In this document: piece after piece, positions 40,645 to 50,170 of the stretch
Position numbering within the stretch: position 1 is the stretch's first letter
Layout: each line of letters opens with the position of its first letter
DNA from: a virus
Taxonomy: Duplodnaviria; Caudoviricetes
DNA: 61,374 nt
Virus record (IMG/VR): IMGVR_UViG_3300037484_000565
Span: 1 to 61,374 of that record
Reading direction: 5' to 3' (one strand)
Notes under the pieces: model-generated
The model's database searches: none
Told to the model about the DNA's origin: nothing
What the model saw: the letters and a program-made list of their open reading frames with translations, nothing else
Program-made: the position numbers and the translations under genes

Positions 40645-40822
40645 GACTTCCTCGCTCTCTCCAGCTCGCGCTGGATAATTCCGTCGATATGTTCCACCAG
40701 GTCGCGCGGCAGCGGATTGTCATCCCTCCGATGCTCGCGCACGCTTCCGTAAGCCGGATAGCCGTAGTGGGCAGTGCGCCGCCTCTGGCATGCGGCGTTG
40801 CGCTGTCTGCGTTCCGTCGGTG

Positions 40823-41569
40823 TCACCGGTAACTCCCGCACTTGATCTTGACGATCCGCCCCCGGCACATCTCCAGGATGCGATCCGCAATGCGTTCCGA
40901 CAACGTCAGCGCCAGTTCTTTCAGGCTCAGATTGCTCGTGAAAATCGTCGGACGCTTCTCCCCGTATCGCTCGTCGATCAGCATGAACAATTGCTCCCGT
41001 ACCCAGTCCGTCGGCTTCTCGGAGCCGATATCATCGAGCACCAGGACATCGACGTGCAGATATTCAGACAGCACGCTCTCTGTCGTCTGCTCCTGCGCCG
41101 ACATCCTGCCGAAGGTGTTGCGAATCTCCTGCAGCAACCGTGGCGCATTGACGAATCGAAACGTCGGATACCAGAACTCCAGATGGCCGCCAGCATTGCG
41201 CGCAAATTCGTCCCACGTGCTCCGCACGCCGTCGATCACAGGCCAACCGACCTCCTGCGCGCAGAGAATCATCCCGCGAATTGTGAGCGCCGCCAGCAGG
41301 GATTTCCCGCACCCCACCGGACCGCACAGGTACAAGCCCTCGTGCCATGGCCACTCTGAAAACTCTCGGCAGGACGCGATCGCGCCGTCCATGGCGCCGC
41401 TACGGCGATCGATTGCCGCGGATCCCCGCTCGCGCACCAAGCCCCCGTGCCGCCCGGGAATCATCGCGCCCTGCCAAGCGAGTCTCTGCCACGTCCGCCG
41501 GAAGACCAGATCAGGACTCGACTGTGGCTGCGTCGAATCGGCTGGTGTCGATTTCGACTCCGTTGCCAT
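40823..41569 (-). CDS. DnaC/IstB-like helicase loader ATPase
   Basis: GPVGCGKS, LVLDDIGSE, PTIFTSNL, RIADRI. Confidence 0.9.
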   Translation of the reverse strand: MATESKSTPADSTQPQSSPDLVFRRTWQRLAWQGAMIPGRHGGLVRERGSAAIDRRSGAMDGAIASCREFSEWPWHEGLYLCGPVGCGKSLLAALTIRGMILCAQEVGWPVIDGVRSTWDEFARNAGGHLEFWYPTFRFVNAPRLLQEIRNTFGRMSAQEQTTESVLSEYLHVDVLVLDDIGSEKPTDWVREQLFMLIDERYGEKRPTIFTSNLSLKELALTLSERIADRILEMCRGRIVKIKCGSYR

Positions 41570-42251
41570 TCGGTCCTCCGATTGCGATTCGGTCAAAGCT
41601 CGTGAGGAACGCCGCGATGTCTCGGTTCGTGCCGCGCTCGTCCGCCCAGGCCCCGGCGCCGCTGGTCCACCAGGCGTTGATTTTTGCGATGACGATTTCG
41701 GTTCCATGCTTCCCCACCAGTTGAGCCAATCTGACGGCATGTCCTTTGTCGATTTCCGGTTCGTGCCCGTGCCGGCTTTTAAAGCCGTCCATGAAGTTTT
41801 TTTCGACGGCAGAGGGCGCGCGTTTTTTGCGCGTCGGCCTTTCTGCTTCTGATTCTGTTTGTGTTTCTGATTCTGATTCTGTTTGGGCGACGATATGCGT
41901 TTGCAAATCATCGGATATGTCGCCATCCTTCCACGTCAGGTTTGGGTGCTTAGCCTTTACGCCGTAAACGATTACCCTACCGTCTGCCGTTTGTCCGTGC
42001 AGGGAATTTTCCCTTGCACGCTGGGCACACTTTCGACTCGTTCTCGGCTCAAGTCCCGCTGCTTTCCCGATGCTTTCCGTCTGCCACCAGATGGGAAGCG
42101 TCTCGCGGCGTTCTTTGACTGCGATCATCCAGGCATAGTGAATGTAAGTTTTGAAGGCCGATCCACCGCCTCGGACACGCGGATCGTTCAGCCAAAAATC
42201 GACCTCAGAGATGGCAAACTGGCCGCTGAAGTCCCGGCGCTTACCAGGCAT
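41511..42251 (-). CDS. Phage replication initiator protein
   Basis: Upstream of DnaC-like gene; FWLNDPRV N-terminus; 6-bp TTCTGN tandem run at 41841-41885. Confidence 0.65.
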   Translation of the reverse strand: MPGKRRDFSGQFAISEVDFWLNDPRVRGGGSAFKTYIHYAWMIAVKERRETLPIWWQTESIGKAAGLEPRTSRKCAQRARENSLHGQTADGRVIVYGVKAKHPNLTWKDGDISDDLQTHIVAQTESESETQTESEAERPTRKKRAPSAVEKNFMDGFKSRHGHEPEIDKGHAVRLAQLVGKHGTEIVIAKINAWWTSGAGAWADERGTNRDIAAFLTSFDRIAIGGPNGNGVEIDTSRFDAATVES

Positions 42252-42409
42252 AGTTGCCCCCAAAGGCGGTCCCCTCCCCCGTTGTCCCGGAGGGACCCTC
42301 GGACGGGAATCCGAGAGCAACGAGATCAGGAACCGCTTTTGCCGCCCGATGAATTGGGACGGTTTTTGTTGTCAGTTGGGTACATTCCGAGGGTCCCCAA
42401 CAAGTCGTA

Positions 42410-42438
42410 GGGTATCCCCCGCTGATGTGCCTGTCAAG
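42410..42438 (-). promoter_or_regulatory. Sigma70-like promoter for replication genes
   Basis: TTGACA-17 nt-TACCCT on the minus strand. Confidence 0.45.
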
Positions 42439-42498
42439 TCGATTTTGCGTCGCCTTCGACCCCGTTCCCATAGGTCGCATTGCCCCCGCGGTGATGGG

Positions 42499-44466
42499 TT
42501 AGATGTTCTTCTCGATCGGTGTCAGGTGATTCGAAATCCGCCTCGTCATGTCGAACATCGAGACCTTCGATTCATCGCCGAAGACCGCCCTCAGGAATTC
42601 ATCGGTGATGATCAGTGTGGCTTTCTTTTTGTCCTGCAGGTTGTTCTTCTTGATGTACTCCCATAGGCGTTTTGTGACCTCCATGCGCGTGATCGGCTGC
42701 TCGCCGACGATCATGGCAAGCTCGGGCGACGGGATCATCTTCACATCGAAACCGGGTTCGGCCTTGTCCTTCTTCTTGCGCGGCGCACCCTTTTTCGCGG
42801 GCGATTCCGCCCTGGACTTCTTCGGGGCCTTCTTCTCGATCTTCGTCTTTCCGGCCTTCGCATTGACCTCGTTGCGCGCACGGGTTGCGAAGGCGTCGAC
42901 CTTGAGATCGTAGAGGTGCGCGAGCGCCTTCACGTCGTCGGACTCTTCGCCGAATTGCGTGTCCTGGCCCATCATGGCTTCGAGCATAAGACCGCGAGCC
43001 TGGCCGGCGGTCATCGCCCCGATCAGCCGTAGGAGCGCCTCGTCGGGCGCCTCGCCCTTTTTCAGAGAGTCATTCAGTCCGCGGCGCGAGATAACGCGCT
43101 TCAGTACATCGTGCCACGCGCGCTTGACGGCGAAGCGGGCCATCAGGGACCAGAATTCCGCGGCCGGCTGCGAGACCTCGGCCTTCTCAACGATCGCCGC
43201 GGTGAGCAGTTCGACGCGGCGCTTCCGAATTTGCTCGTTGATGCGTTGCCGTTTCTCGTCGGCCGTGGGCGCCGAACTGCCGACGATGCGCATACCCTTG
43301 CCGGCGCCGATTCCCGCCTCCTTGAGAGCCTTCTTTGCATCGACGTCCTTGACGAGTTCGTGAATCTTGTGCGTGTGCGGATTTTCCGCGGCGACTATCG
43401 GGACGTCGGACTCCGAGAGGATCGCGCGGTAGGTGCGTTGCGGCTTCTTCTCGTCGAATTCGCACGGGCGATCGAGATCGACAAAGCCGCTCGCATAGGC
43501 GAGATCGCTTCCTTTGAAGATTCGATTGGCAGTTCCGGGCTTGAGAAACTCCGTCCCGCGTTCCTCGATCTCTGTCCGGAGTTCCGCGTTGCGCGCGTCG
43601 CGCTTCTTGGCGAAGCACTCCGGATCGATGCACATGTCTGCTCCTTTGACGTCGTCGAACAGTTCCGGCTGATTGCCGGTGCGCTTGGGGCAGGCCCAGC
43701 AAGGTCCGGCCGCCGGCACCAGTTCACCGTCGTCGAGCTTGAACGGCGCATTCTTCAATCGGAGCATGAAGTGGTTCTGAATGACCTCCGATGCTTCTTT
43801 GTATGTCGCGGCCGGCTCATATTCGGTTTCGCGCACTTGGTCGAGGGCTTCCATCTGCAGGGCTTCGGACGGTATCCGCGCGAGCAGTACCGCGACCGAT
43901 GCATCGATGTCGCCCGCCAGGAAGGCCTCGCGCGCGCCCTGACAGAGCCGCAGTAGTTGCATGCGTCCGTACACCCAGGACGTCGACTTGCCGACCTTGA
44001 CGGCGATCTCTACGACGCTGCGGCCGTGTTTCTCGTGCAGCCACTCGTAGCCTTGCGCCTCCTCAAGGGGATGCACATCGTCGCGCTGGCTGTTCTCGAT
44101 GATGCGCGTTTCGAGGGCTTCGTCGTCGGCCATAGACCGGATCATCACCGGCACACGATCGAGCCCGGCAATCTTGGCGGCGCGGAGGCGGCGGGCGCCG
44201 AAGACGAGTTCGTAGCGGCCATCGGGCCGCCTTCCGTTGGTCGGTATGGGCCGGACCAGAAGCGGCTGCAGAATGCCCCGGCGACCGATGTCCTTCGCCA
44301 GGCCGTCCAGGTCACCGAATGTCTTGCGCGGATTCTCCTTGGACTCGGCGATATTCGTGATGTTGATGAGCGTTACTAATGCGTCGCCGGATTCACGTAC
44401 TTCAGGCGGCGCTGATTCGTTGGGGGCCGCAGACTCTGCTGCGGCTGCCTCGTCTTGCTTTACCAC
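42499..44466 (-). CDS. ParB family protein with C-terminal SWIB/MDM2 domain
   Basis: NPRKTF, GILQPLLVRP, FGARRLRAA, ENSQR; C-terminal PSPELA.IVG..TR.EVTK.LW.YIK.NNLQD..VSMF.M. Confidence 0.88.
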   Translation of the reverse strand: MVKQDEAAAAESAAPNESAPPEVRESGDALVTLINITNIAESKENPRKTFGDLDGLAKDIGRRGILQPLLVRPIPTNGRRPDGRYELVFGARRLRAAKIAGLDRVPVMIRSMADDEALETRIIENSQRDDVHPLEEAQGYEWLHEKHGRSVVEIAVKVGKSTSWVYGRMQLLRLCQGAREAFLAGDIDASVAVLLARIPSEALQMEALDQVRETEYEPAATYKEASEVIQNHFMLRLKNAPFKLDDGELVPAAGPCWACPKRTGNQPELFDDVKGADMCIDPECFAKKRDARNAELRTEIEERGTEFLKPGTANRIFKGSDLAYASGFVDLDRPCEFDEKKPQRTYRAILSESDVPIVAAENPHTHKIHELVKDVDAKKALKEAGIGAGKGMRIVGSSAPTADEKRQRINEQIRKRRVELLTAAIVEKAEVSQPAAEFWSLMARFAVKRAWHDVLKRVISRRGLNDSLKKGEAPDEALLRLIGAMTAGQARGLMLEAMMGQDTQFGEESDDVKALAHLYDLKVDAFATRARNEVNAKAGKTKIEKKAPKKSRAESPAKKGAPRKKKDKAEPGFDVKMIPSPELAMIVGEQPITRMEVTKRLWEYIKKNNLQDKKKATLIITDEFLRAVFGDESKVSMFDMTRRISNHLTPIEKNI

Positions 44467-45236
44467 TTGACCCTCCTGACTTGCGACAGTTTATGAATAG
44501 CTCCAATCACATTCTCGGATAGTCGGCGCACTCTCCTTTGTCCGCGCCGGGTGCGGCGAGTGCTGCGATTGCCAACCAAGGGCAATCGTCTTGGTGCTTC
44601 GCTTCGCGGTCTGCGCCACAAAACCAGCAAAACAGACTGCCATCGGGATTGATGGCCCACGGGTCTTCGATGTTGCTCAGTGCAGCTTCCAGCGCCGCGC
44701 CCCGCTTCTCGGCGGCGGCGAGGCGAGCTGACATGGCGCGCACCGATCCGTTGTCCAGTCCGCTGTCCTCATCGTTGAGGCGCATGGGGTCCGCAAGTCT
44801 GCTCCTGATTTCCGTCACCTCGTCATAGCGTAGCCGTCGTGAAACGCACTCTGGACATCCACAGGTCATGTTTCCTTCTCCTTCTCCCGCCCCTTGGCGA
44901 CGAGGGTGCAGAGGGCGCGGTACTCGTCTGAGCACAACGCAAACCCGTGGCTCATATGACATTCATCCAGAGAGCCATCGCATTTATGGCTGAATGGACG
45001 ATCCTTATGGTTCCCCTGCCTTACAGCAGACCCGCACACGGGGCACGGGGGCAATGGCTTAGTGCTCATCGTTTGCCTCCATATCATCACGCTCTTGTTG
45101 CTCGTACTCATCACGGATTGACGCGTGACACTGCTGGCACTGTTGCGCGGTTCCGCTATAATCTTTGTACAGCCGCCCGCACACACACCGGTAGAATGGC
45201 GGGACTGGAAGAATCGTCCGCGATAGTAAGCGCACA

Positions 45237-45782
45237 CTATATGGCATCATTCTCGGCCTCCTTGACTTTGGCGATCCGTGCGAGGATCGCGTCGGCGTGT
45301 TCGCGAAGTCCTTGTTTAGTAGGGTCAGTGTCGGGCATGTCAGCAAAACGAGGGGCCGCTGAGGATAGGCCGGGGTACAAATCCCAAAGCATCGCGGCCA
45401 ACTGATCCCGCCCGATCCCCGCGAGTCCCGGCGGGGGGATGCGTGCGAAGATCGTGTCAATTACGAACCCGGCATCTTCTTCGTCCATGAAGTCGAACCG
45501 TTGAATATCCTCGGTGTAATACCTGTGATCCAACTCTTCCGCATTGCGACGCCGAGCCTCTTTCCCACACGCATCGAGGAAATAGTCGATCATCGCCTTC
45601 CGCTCAATGCTCGGCGGTGCCGTTTCCGCGTCCTTGATCGCGGCGGCGAGTTTGCCAACGCAACACGCGTTGAACGGACGGACATTGTGCGTCTGACATT
45701 CACCCGCGTCATTCCTGCGGCATGGCTCATCGCCGATCCATTCCATCGCCGCTTTCGCGGCGGCGAGCAGTTTGTTTTCCAT
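45237..45782 (-). CDS. Hypothetical protein
   Basis: GGAGG RBS; part of a run of small early genes at 44460-45782. Confidence 0.55.
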   Translation of the reverse strand: MENKLLAAAKAAMEWIGDEPCRRNDAGECQTHNVRPFNACCVGKLAAAIKDAETAPPSIERKAMIDYFLDACGKEARRRNAEELDHRYYTEDIQRFDFMDEEDAGFVIDTIFARIPPPGLAGIGRDQLAAMLWDLYPGLSSAAPRFADMPDTDPTKQGLREHADAILARIAKVKEAENDAI

Positions 45783-45808
45783 CTTCCCTCCTCCCCCGCT
45801 CGGCGGGG

Positions 45809-46276
45809 CTACACTCCATCGTGCCCGGTAAACTGCGGCAGTTGCTTGAACTGATTCGCCTCGATCTGTTGATAGAACGTTTCCCCGTTGAGGTTACACA
45901 CATAGGGCAGGAACACTTCCTGTGTCTTAACCATGCCGGTTTCAATCAGGGCCAGCTGCGCCTGTACCCAGCGGAGAATCTGCCGCCATGCAATGCGGAT
46001 CGCCTGCTCCAAATCAGCAGGTGCCTTGTCGTTGTGGTTGAATGACTGACGCCGCTTCTGGAGAATGTCAAATATCGGTGTAGGGTTTATCGGCAGGCGG
46101 AACGGAATTTCCACGTCGCCCACTCGGATCGCAAAGGTGAGCGCCGTTACCACGCCGCTTTTGTAATCGTTCATCACCCGCGTAGCCCCGGCCATCGCCA
46201 AGCATTCAGCGACTTCGCCCGCCGTCTTGTTGGCGTCGATCTTAGTGGTTTCCATGAATAGCGTCTTGGTCGTCAC
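45809..46276 (-). CDS. Conserved phage hypothetical protein
   Basis: FRLP..QAIRIAWRQILRWVQAQLALI..EVFLPY. Confidence 0.65.
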   Translation of the reverse strand: MTTKTLFMETTKIDANKTAGEVAECLAMAGATRVMNDYKSGVVTALTFAIRVGDVEIPFRLPINPTPIFDILQKRRQSFNHNDKAPADLEQAIRIAWRQILRWVQAQLALIETGMVKTQEVFLPYVCNLNGETFYQQIEANQFKQLPQFTGHDGV

Positions 46277-47094
46277 TCGCCCCCCTCCCCGCGCCGGGTG
46301 AGCGCGTCCGCGTCCATTATTCGCCGCCCGATCCATTCGACGACTGGGACGGGGACTGCGTTCCCGAGCGCCTTGTAACGCGGTCCGTCAGGCGGGTCCA
46401 GTTGTCCGGAAACCCCTGAAGTCTCTCGCACTCCGTTGGAGTCAGGCGTCGCACTAACAGCGATGCCGTGTTGGCTTCGTCCATCGAGAGTAAACATTGG
46501 TCCGCCGCACCCGATTCCGATTCCGCATTCGTCGCGCATTCTCGGCGCATTGACTGCCTGTAGAATGTAGTTCCGTGCAATGGGATTTGAGTTTCCGTTG
46601 TGGGCTTCGGCTCCGCTGACGGTTCCGACAACGATGTTGGCCCCGTCGTCACAGCCCCGGCTGCCAACCCTTGAAGTGCCCTCAGTAATTGTATGGGCAA
46701 TGTCCTGCCGCGCTTTTCGGCTCTGCGGAGAATTCCCCGTGCCGCCCTGGGACTCAAATAGAACCGAGACGGGACAGGGTGTTCCAAGACATCCGACAAT
46801 TCACACTCTACGGCGTCGTTGGGCGAGTCCGAAGTATCGAGCATCAAGTATTCGCCACGCCACGCCATACCCGATCCGGCCCAGGGCATGTAAAACGAGG
46901 GCGAAATCTCGGCCTCCGTTGGAAGACAGAAGTCCGGGCACGTTCTCAATGAGAATCCAGCGGGGGCGTTCGAGTTCCAAAACTCGCACAAGCTCCCAGA
47001 ATAACCCGCTTCGATCTCCTGCGAGTCCTGCGCGTTTACCGGCGACGCTGAGGTCTTGACAGGGAAACCCCGCCGCGATGAGGTCGATTGCCAT
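46273..47094 (-). pseudogene. C5 cytosine methyltransferase chain 2 (motifs IV-VIII and X) interrupted by one in-frame TGA at 46801-46803
   Basis: GFPCQDLS, ENV, QRRRRV*IVG, RYKALGNAV all in one frame overlapping chain 1. Confidence 0.65.
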
Positions 47095-47252
47095 TCTCGG
47101 ATATCCCCCACTTCCGGCTCTGCGCCGAAATTCTTTTTGTAGATCGATCGACAGAAGCGGTCGATTTCACATGACTTGACGCACCGTATTCCGACACGCT
47201 CCAGGGCGATACGGACGCCGCCAATTCCGCAAAAGAGATCGGCGAAGGTCAC
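46317..47252 (-). CDS. C5 cytosine methyltransferase chain 1 (motifs I-III, EcoHK31I-beta-like region, motif IX)
   Basis: DLFCGIGG, EID, GDI; LSDVLE..RFYLSPRAARGILRRAEKRG; RRLTPTECERLQGFPD. Confidence 0.7.
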   Translation of the reverse strand: MTFADLFCGIGGVRIALERVGIRCVKSCEIDRFCRSIYKKNFGAEPEVGDIREWQSTSSRRGFPVKTSASPVNAQDSQEIEAGYSGSLCEFWNSNAPAGFSLRTCPDFCLPTEAEISPSFYMPWAGSGMAWRGEYLMLDTSDSPNDAVECELSDVLEHPVPSRFYLSPRAARGILRRAEKRGRTLPIQLLRALQGLAAGAVTTGPTSLSEPSAEPKPTTETQIPLHGTTFYRQSMRRECATNAESESGAADQCLLSMDEANTASLLVRRLTPTECERLQGFPDNWTRLTDRVTRRSGTQSPSQSSNGSGGE

Positions 47253-47405
47253 TCGTTATCCTTCCCTCGCCGCTCCAGTTCCGCCACGCGCTTCTTGAGG
47301 CAGGACACTTCCGAGCGCAAATCCTCGATCCAGCATAAGAGCACCACCATCTTCGTCTCCGGCGTGTCTTGCGGATCGAAGTGGTAGGATGTGTTGGGGA
47401 TTATG

Positions 47406-47783
47406 TCAGGCATTCTTGGCCCTCTGCCACTCGGAATCGAGAGCGTCGAGTTCGCCAAGCTCATCACCCAAATGGTTACAGGCATCCCGATATGCGCCCC
47501 CCGCTGTCTTAAATGTCGCGTGCGCTGCATTGACAATTCGTTCCAGCAGTTCCGCCCGCCGCTTGAGGTAGGCGCACCCGGACTCGGACGGGATGCGGGC
47601 AATCCTATAATGTCCAGGATGATCGCATCGCTTAAACTTCGCTTCTGGCATAGACCCCGCGTGACTCCATCCGTTATCAATTGTCCATGTCGGCCTATGG
47701 ATAAAAACCGACACCCACGATTCCATCGGGGGGGCGACTGGCCCCACGCGCGAGACTTCGATTGCCGTCACTTCTTCTGACAT
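47406..47783 (-). CDS. Hypothetical protein
   Basis: GAGGAGG RBS. Confidence 0.55.
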   Translation of the reverse strand: MSEEVTAIEVSRVGPVAPPMESWVSVFIHRPTWTIDNGWSHAGSMPEAKFKRCDHPGHYRIARIPSESGCAYLKRRAELLERIVNAAHATFKTAGGAYRDACNHLGDELGELDALDSEWQRAKNA

Positions 47784-47814
47784 ATTCCCTCCTCACCGCC
47801 GACCGCGCGGGGGG

Positions 47815-48210
47815 CTAAGGCTGCGCCGGTTTCGCAATCTTCGCCCCGGTCGCCTCGGCCCACTTGAGGATGGCATACGCCCTGGTCATCGCGTCGAGAT
47901 GCTCATCCGCCTCGGCTTGTTTCATGCGCCCGGATGTCACCCATTTCGGATAGACCGAGCGACGCATCCCGATCTCGCGCCCGACCTCTTTCCGGCAGGC
48001 GGTGATTTCCTCAGCGCTGAAATAATGGTCCTCCGGTGACACCAATGCCGCCGGACTGTTCTCGCATTCGCGGCAAACGATATCGACCACCATCGTGCTC
48101 AGTTCGATGGTTTTCCATTGCGATTGCGCGAGTGGATGCTCCGAGAGGCGTTGGCCGTCTTCGGTCAGGGATCGCTCGCAGACCCTACAGCGGTAGCTCT
48201 TGTCTGTCAT
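47815..48210 (-). CDS. Zn-finger paralog 1 fused to a small helical phage domain
   Basis: CRVC..CREC; REIGMRRSVYPKWV. Confidence 0.65.
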   Translation of the reverse strand: MTDKSYRCRVCERSLTEDGQRLSEHPLAQSQWKTIELSTMVVDIVCRECENSPAALVSPEDHYFSAEEITACRKEVGREIGMRRSVYPKWVTSGRMKQAEADEHLDAMTRAYAILKWAEATGAKIAKPAQP

Positions 48211-48416
48211 AATGCACCTTCCTCCGCAAACTCAAACCTCATCCCCGGCAACTCGGCTTCGGTCGCGCGGTCGCGAGAGACGAAATCATCAATCATGTGG
48301 GTGATCGCCGCGCCGGTCGTCACCCCGCGCTTGTCGCACGACTGCGAGAATCGGCGTAACAACGTGCCCGTCACCGGTATCCGGATGCAGAACGTCTCGG
48401 CCCTTGAGTGATTCAT
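48207..48416 (-). CDS. Ribbon-helix-helix-like small regulator
   Basis: Beta strand plus two helices pattern; coupled. Confidence 0.45.
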   Translation of the reverse strand: MNHSRAETFCIRIPVTGTLLRRFSQSCDKRGVTTGAAITHMIDDFVSRDRATEAELPGMRFEFAEEGAL

Positions 48417-50170
48417 CAGGCTGTCACCTCATCGGAGAGCGTGAATTCAGTCTCCGCGGTAATCAGCCCGAGCGCCCGCAGGTTCGCGATCGCCTGGCCG
48501 AACGATCCGCTGGTGGGCGAGTAAGCGGTTGCCTCGGCAACAACAGTCTTGTCCAGCCGCTTCGGATAGCGCGATGCGACGTATTCGAGGATCATGCCTT
48601 CACATCGCGGCCGCCGGTTCGACCAGTATTCGATCAGCGCGGCGCCGGTCGGCAGCGGCGCGAAATTCCCGAGCGCAGCCAGCCCGGACTTCGTGATCGT
48701 AAACAGGTCCTTCGAGCCGTCGATCAGGCCATCGCGCCCGAGGTCGGCAAGCGTTTGTCCAAACGATCCGGACGTCTGAGAGTATCCGGAGAGCAGCGCG
48801 ATCTGTGTGCGGTTGCGGCCTTGCGGGTATTGCGCCAGGGCGATCAGAACCGAACGCTTTGCCCTGGGCAGGGACGAGCCATTGTCATTCGAATTCTCAC
48901 GAACAAAAGCCGCGATCTGCTTTGACAATCTTGCTTCTCGCGGCAATCGATCAGCTGGCGGGATGATGCGATGATCCTCGCACCAATCTTTGGTGTCGCG
49001 ATGGTGGCTATCTCCGGTATTAGACGGATGGGAACCGGCAGGGGACGGAATTGCCTTTTCGGGGAAATCGCAGATCGCCTTGATGTCCGCGACCCGCTTC
49101 TCGAATTTGATATTGGACTCGCGTAGCGCATCGATCGCATGGCTTAGCGCCGCTTCGCGCGATTGGCACTCGCGATGATCGCCAGTGCTCGCTTTCGCCA
49201 ATTGCCGTTCGAGTTCCGCAATCTTCCGCCGCAGCGCCGCCGGATCGTTCGCTTCCGCCTTCTCGATCGTCGCTGCCATGCTCGCGCGCAGCGCGCCCAG
49301 GTCGACCTCAGCGCGGCCCGAGGGCGCGACAACGCGCGCGCCGATCTTCGGAGTCGCGCTGGAGTCAAACGTACGGCGCTGGCGTACGGTTATCCGTTCG
49401 AACACGTCCAGCCAGGATGGAGACCAAACCCAACACTCCCCGGCCTTAAGGCTGGCCAACGACTTGGCCATCTTGTCCGCCTGCTCACCGACAGGGTGCG
49501 CCTCGATCCAAAGATCGATCGCCTTCCGATCCTGCGGCGAAATCACCCGATGCGCGACCAAGAGCTCGATCTGCGTGAGGACGTCTTTGTTGATCGCCGC
49601 TGGCCGTTGAGATATCAGCGTGACGCCGATCCCAGATGATCGGCCGCGACGCACGAGAGTATCGACGGCGCCGAAACACCGCTCTGAACCGTGCCCCAGG
49701 CGCTGTGGCGCCACTTCATCGGCCTCGTCGATGATGACGTGCAGGGGCGTTTGGTTGCCGCTCTTGCCCTTCAGCCGATACAGCCGCTCGCAGAAATCGG
49801 CGACGAACCGACGCTGATCGGTCTTGCTGAAATGGCGCAGCGATAGGATGGGCGAGACGCCATGCTCTACCGCGAAATCTGCCACGATCGGTCCGGATGA
49901 TGCCTCGAGCGGAATGTCGGCGTGCTCTCCGCCTAGGACCGTGACCTGATAGCCTGGCCCCTTGCCGTCCGCAGACGTGCGCAAACCCCATAGACAATCG
50001 AGGGGATCGAGAACAATCACTGGTAGCCCGGCCGCTAACATTTCTTCGGCCACAACGCTCGCGGTGTGGGTCTTGCCAGAGCCGCGAATTCCGAGGATGC
50101 CGATCGTTGTCGTCACCGCGTCCAGCGGCAGGGAGAATCCGGAGCGGCCAATGGTGAGTTGCTTGCTCAC
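48416..50170 (-). CDS. HerA/FtsK-like (DUF87) ATPase with C-terminal winged-helix repeats
   Basis: GIRGSGKT, VLDP, IIDEAD, RRGRSSG, ISQRP; duplicated YS.TSGSFGQ..A.L. Confidence 0.85.
   Translation of the reverse strand: MSKQLTIGRSGFSLPLDAVTTTIGILGIRGSGKTHTASVVAEEMLAAGLPVIVLDPLDCLWGLRTSADGKGPGYQVTVLGGEHADIPLEASSGPIVADFAVEHGVSPILSLRHFSKTDQRRFVADFCERLYRLKGKSGNQTPLHVIIDEADEVAPQRLGHGSERCFGAVDTLVRRGRSSGIGVTLISQRPAAINKDVLTQIELLVAHRVISPQDRKAIDLWIEAHPVGEQADKMAKSLASLKAGECWVWSPSWLDVFERITVRQRRTFDSSATPKIGARVVAPSGRAEVDLGALRASMAATIEKAEANDPAALRRKIAELERQLAKASTGDHRECQSREAALSHAIDALRESNIKFEKRVADIKAICDFPEKAIPSPAGSHPSNTGDSHHRDTKDWCEDHRIIPPADRLPREARLSKQIAAFVRENSNDNGSSLPRAKRSVLIALAQYPQGRNRTQIALLSGYSQTSGSFGQTLADLGRDGLIDGSKDLFTITKSGLAALGNFAPLPTGAALIEYWSNRRPRCEGMILEYVASRYPKRLDKTVVAEATAYSPTSGSFGQAIANLRALGLITAETEFTLSDEVTA

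Noticed and set aside
41841-41885. TTCTGN hexamer run as a novel repeat locus
   Set aside because: Low-complexity linker commonly seen inside phage replication initiators; at most origin-associated
46801-46803. Genome-wide TGA recoding
   Set aside because: Many genes end in TGA with ATGA/GTGA coupling and other ORFs are intact in the standard code
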